DNA from: Thermodesulfobacteriota bacterium
GTDB taxonomy: Bacteria; Desulfobacterota; Desulfobulbia; Desulfobulbales; SURF-16
Direction of reading: 5' to 3'
Assembly: GCA_039715015.1 (NCBI GenBank)
Contig: JBDLIE010000053.1
Coordinates: 1 to 18,320 of the forward strand
Length of the DNA: 18,320 nt
In this document: positions 16,986-18,320 of the stretch, piece by piece
Numbering within the stretch: position 1 is the stretch's first letter
How the letters are laid out: every line of letters begins with the position of its first letter
The notes under the pieces: model-generated
What the model saw: only the letters and a program-made list of their open reading frames with translations
Told to the model about the DNA's origin: nothing
Database searches by the model: none
Program-made: the position numbers and the translations under genes

Positions 16986-18320
16986 ACTATCCTGTCTGGG
17001 AACTTGCTTGGGCTGGCGGCGGTTTACTCATCGCCTTTATTGCCGTTGTTCACGTTTATGTGGCCCATTTTGCAGTGGGCGGCGGCTTGTTTCTTATCAT
17101 TGTTGAGCGCAAGGGGTTGGCTGAAAATTCTGCTGCTATTCTGGAATATGCCAAGAAAAACACCCGTTTTTTTCTGCTGGTCACCATGGTTTTGGGCGCT
17201 ATGACAGGCGTGGGCATCTGGTTTACCATTTCTCTCCTCAATCCGGCGGCAACCTCGGCGCTCATCCACCTCTTTGTCTTTGCCTGGGGCATTGAATGGG
17301 TCTTTTTTGTCGCGGAGATCCTGTCGCTTTTCTTCTATTACTATACCTTTGACCGTCTCGACCCCAAGCGCCATCTCATTCTTGGCTGGATTTATTTTAT
17401 CTGCGCCTGGATGTCGCTCTTTTGGATCAACGGCATCATCGATTTTATGCTCACTCCCGGTGACTGGTTGGTGGATCAGAATTTTTGGTCTGCATTTTTT
17501 AATCCCACCTTTTGGCCGGCCCTTTTCTTCAGGACCTTTATGGCCTTTACGTTCGCCGGCCTCTTCGGTTTCTTGACCGCTGTTTTTATCCGTGATGAAG
17601 AAACCCGCTATGCCATGGTCCGATTCTGCGGCAAATGGCTGCTTGCCCCCTTTGTCTTCCTGATGTTGTCGGCCTGGTGGTATATAAACTCCTTGCCAGA
17701 TTCTCTGCAGGAACTGATCTTCAGCAACATGCCGGAACTCACCTTCTTTATTAAAACCTTTGCCCTGCTGTCGCCGATCTTGGTTGTTGCTGGTCTGGTC
17801 ATGGCCATGACCAGGCCCCATAAGGTCCGTTTTCCCATTGCTGGTCTGCTTCTGCTTATCGGTCTTATCTATATGGGTTGTTTTGAGTTTATCCGCGAGG
17901 GTGGAAGAAGACCTTACATCATAAGAGACTATATGTACTCTACCTCCATCCTCAAGAGCGACCAGGCCAAGGTCCAAGAGCAGGGCATTTTGACAAACGC
18001 CCGCTGGGTGAAAAACCGTAAGGTCGGCGCGGAAAACAGGATGGCCGCCGGCAAGGAGATCTATAATCTTCTCTGTCTCTCCTGCCATTCCATCGGCGGG
18101 CCCCTCAATGATATTTTGCCCATTGCCAAACGTTTTTCGCCAAGCGGCATGAACGCCTTTCTGGCCGCCGTGGGCAGGGCCAATAATTATATGCCTCCCT
18201 TTGCCGGTACAAGCGAGGAGCGCCAGATACTGGCTGACTATCTCACCCTTGATCTTGGCCATAACCTGCCCCGGGTAAAGCCGACAATTGTCCAGGAGGA
18301 TGTGAAGCCTTATCCCTATA
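16982..18320 (+). CDS. Cytochrome bd subunit I-like protein fused to a c-type cytochrome domain (3'-truncated by window)
   Basis: Not in the ORF track. Manual translation gives 446 codons without a stop: MNYPVWELAWAGGGLLIAFIAVVHVYVAHFAVGGG...AWGIEWVFFVAEI...IDFMLTPG...FFNPTF...EFIREGGRRPYII...GKEIYNLLCLSCHSIGG...YMPPF. SD GGAGGT; ATGA overlap with the upstream gene; CxxCH at 18074-18088. Confidence 0.88.
   Translation, partial: MNYPVWELAWAGGGLLIAFIAVVHVYVAHFAVGGGLFLIIVERKGLAENSAAILEYAKKNTRFFLLVTMVLGAMTGVGIWFTISLLNPAATSALIHLFVFAWGIEWVFFVAEILSLFFYYYTFDRLDPKRHLILGWIYFICAWMSLFWINGIIDFMLTPGDWLVDQNFWSAFFNPTFWPALFFRTFMAFTFAGLFGFLTAVFIRDEETRYAMVRFCGKWLLAPFVFLMLSAWWYINSLPDSLQELIFSNMPELTFFIKTFALLSPILVVAGLVMAMTRPHKVRFPIAGLLLLIGLIYMGCFEFIREGGRRPYIIRDYMYSTSILKSDQAKVQEQGILTNARWVKNRKVGAENRMAAGKEIYNLLCLSCHSIGGPLNDILPIAKRFSPSGMNAFLAAVGRANNYMPPFAGTSEERQILADYLTLDLGHNLPRVKPTIVQEDVKPYPY

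Noticed and set aside
17024..18262. 412-aa minus-strand ORF in the track
   Set aside because: Antisense shadow of the + strand CydA-like/cytochrome c gene, which has an SD, a coupled start and family motifs; the shadow has none.

Overview
Mostly core chromosome of an anaerobic deltaproteobacterium. The gene set and protein sequences suggest Desulfobacterota, possibly Desulfobulbales; this is inference, not a database result. Order: a DUF4824-like/DUF2157-like membrane gene pair (-); glutamine-dependent nadE (-), divergent from a PIN-PhoH gene (+), with a 106-nt single-register inverted repeat between them; a heme cluster (AhbD-like radical SAM/SPASM, hemE, HD-domain protein, hemH, small monoheme cytochrome c; +); a complete mreBCD-mrdA-rodA operon (-); and, divergent from mreB, two overlapping genes that both look like cytochrome bd subunit I (CydA) homologs. 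The second of these (16982 to the window end) is absent from the ORF track because it has no stop inside the window, and it is fused to a c-type heme domain. Main points of interest: the cytochrome c-fused bd-superfamily CydA/CydA' module with no cydB in the window, the hybrid hemE+hemH+ahbD cluster lacking a porphyrinogen oxidase gene but carrying an HD protein, and several unannotated palindromes and hairpins. No CRISPR array, tRNA, rRNA, transposase or phage gene was seen.
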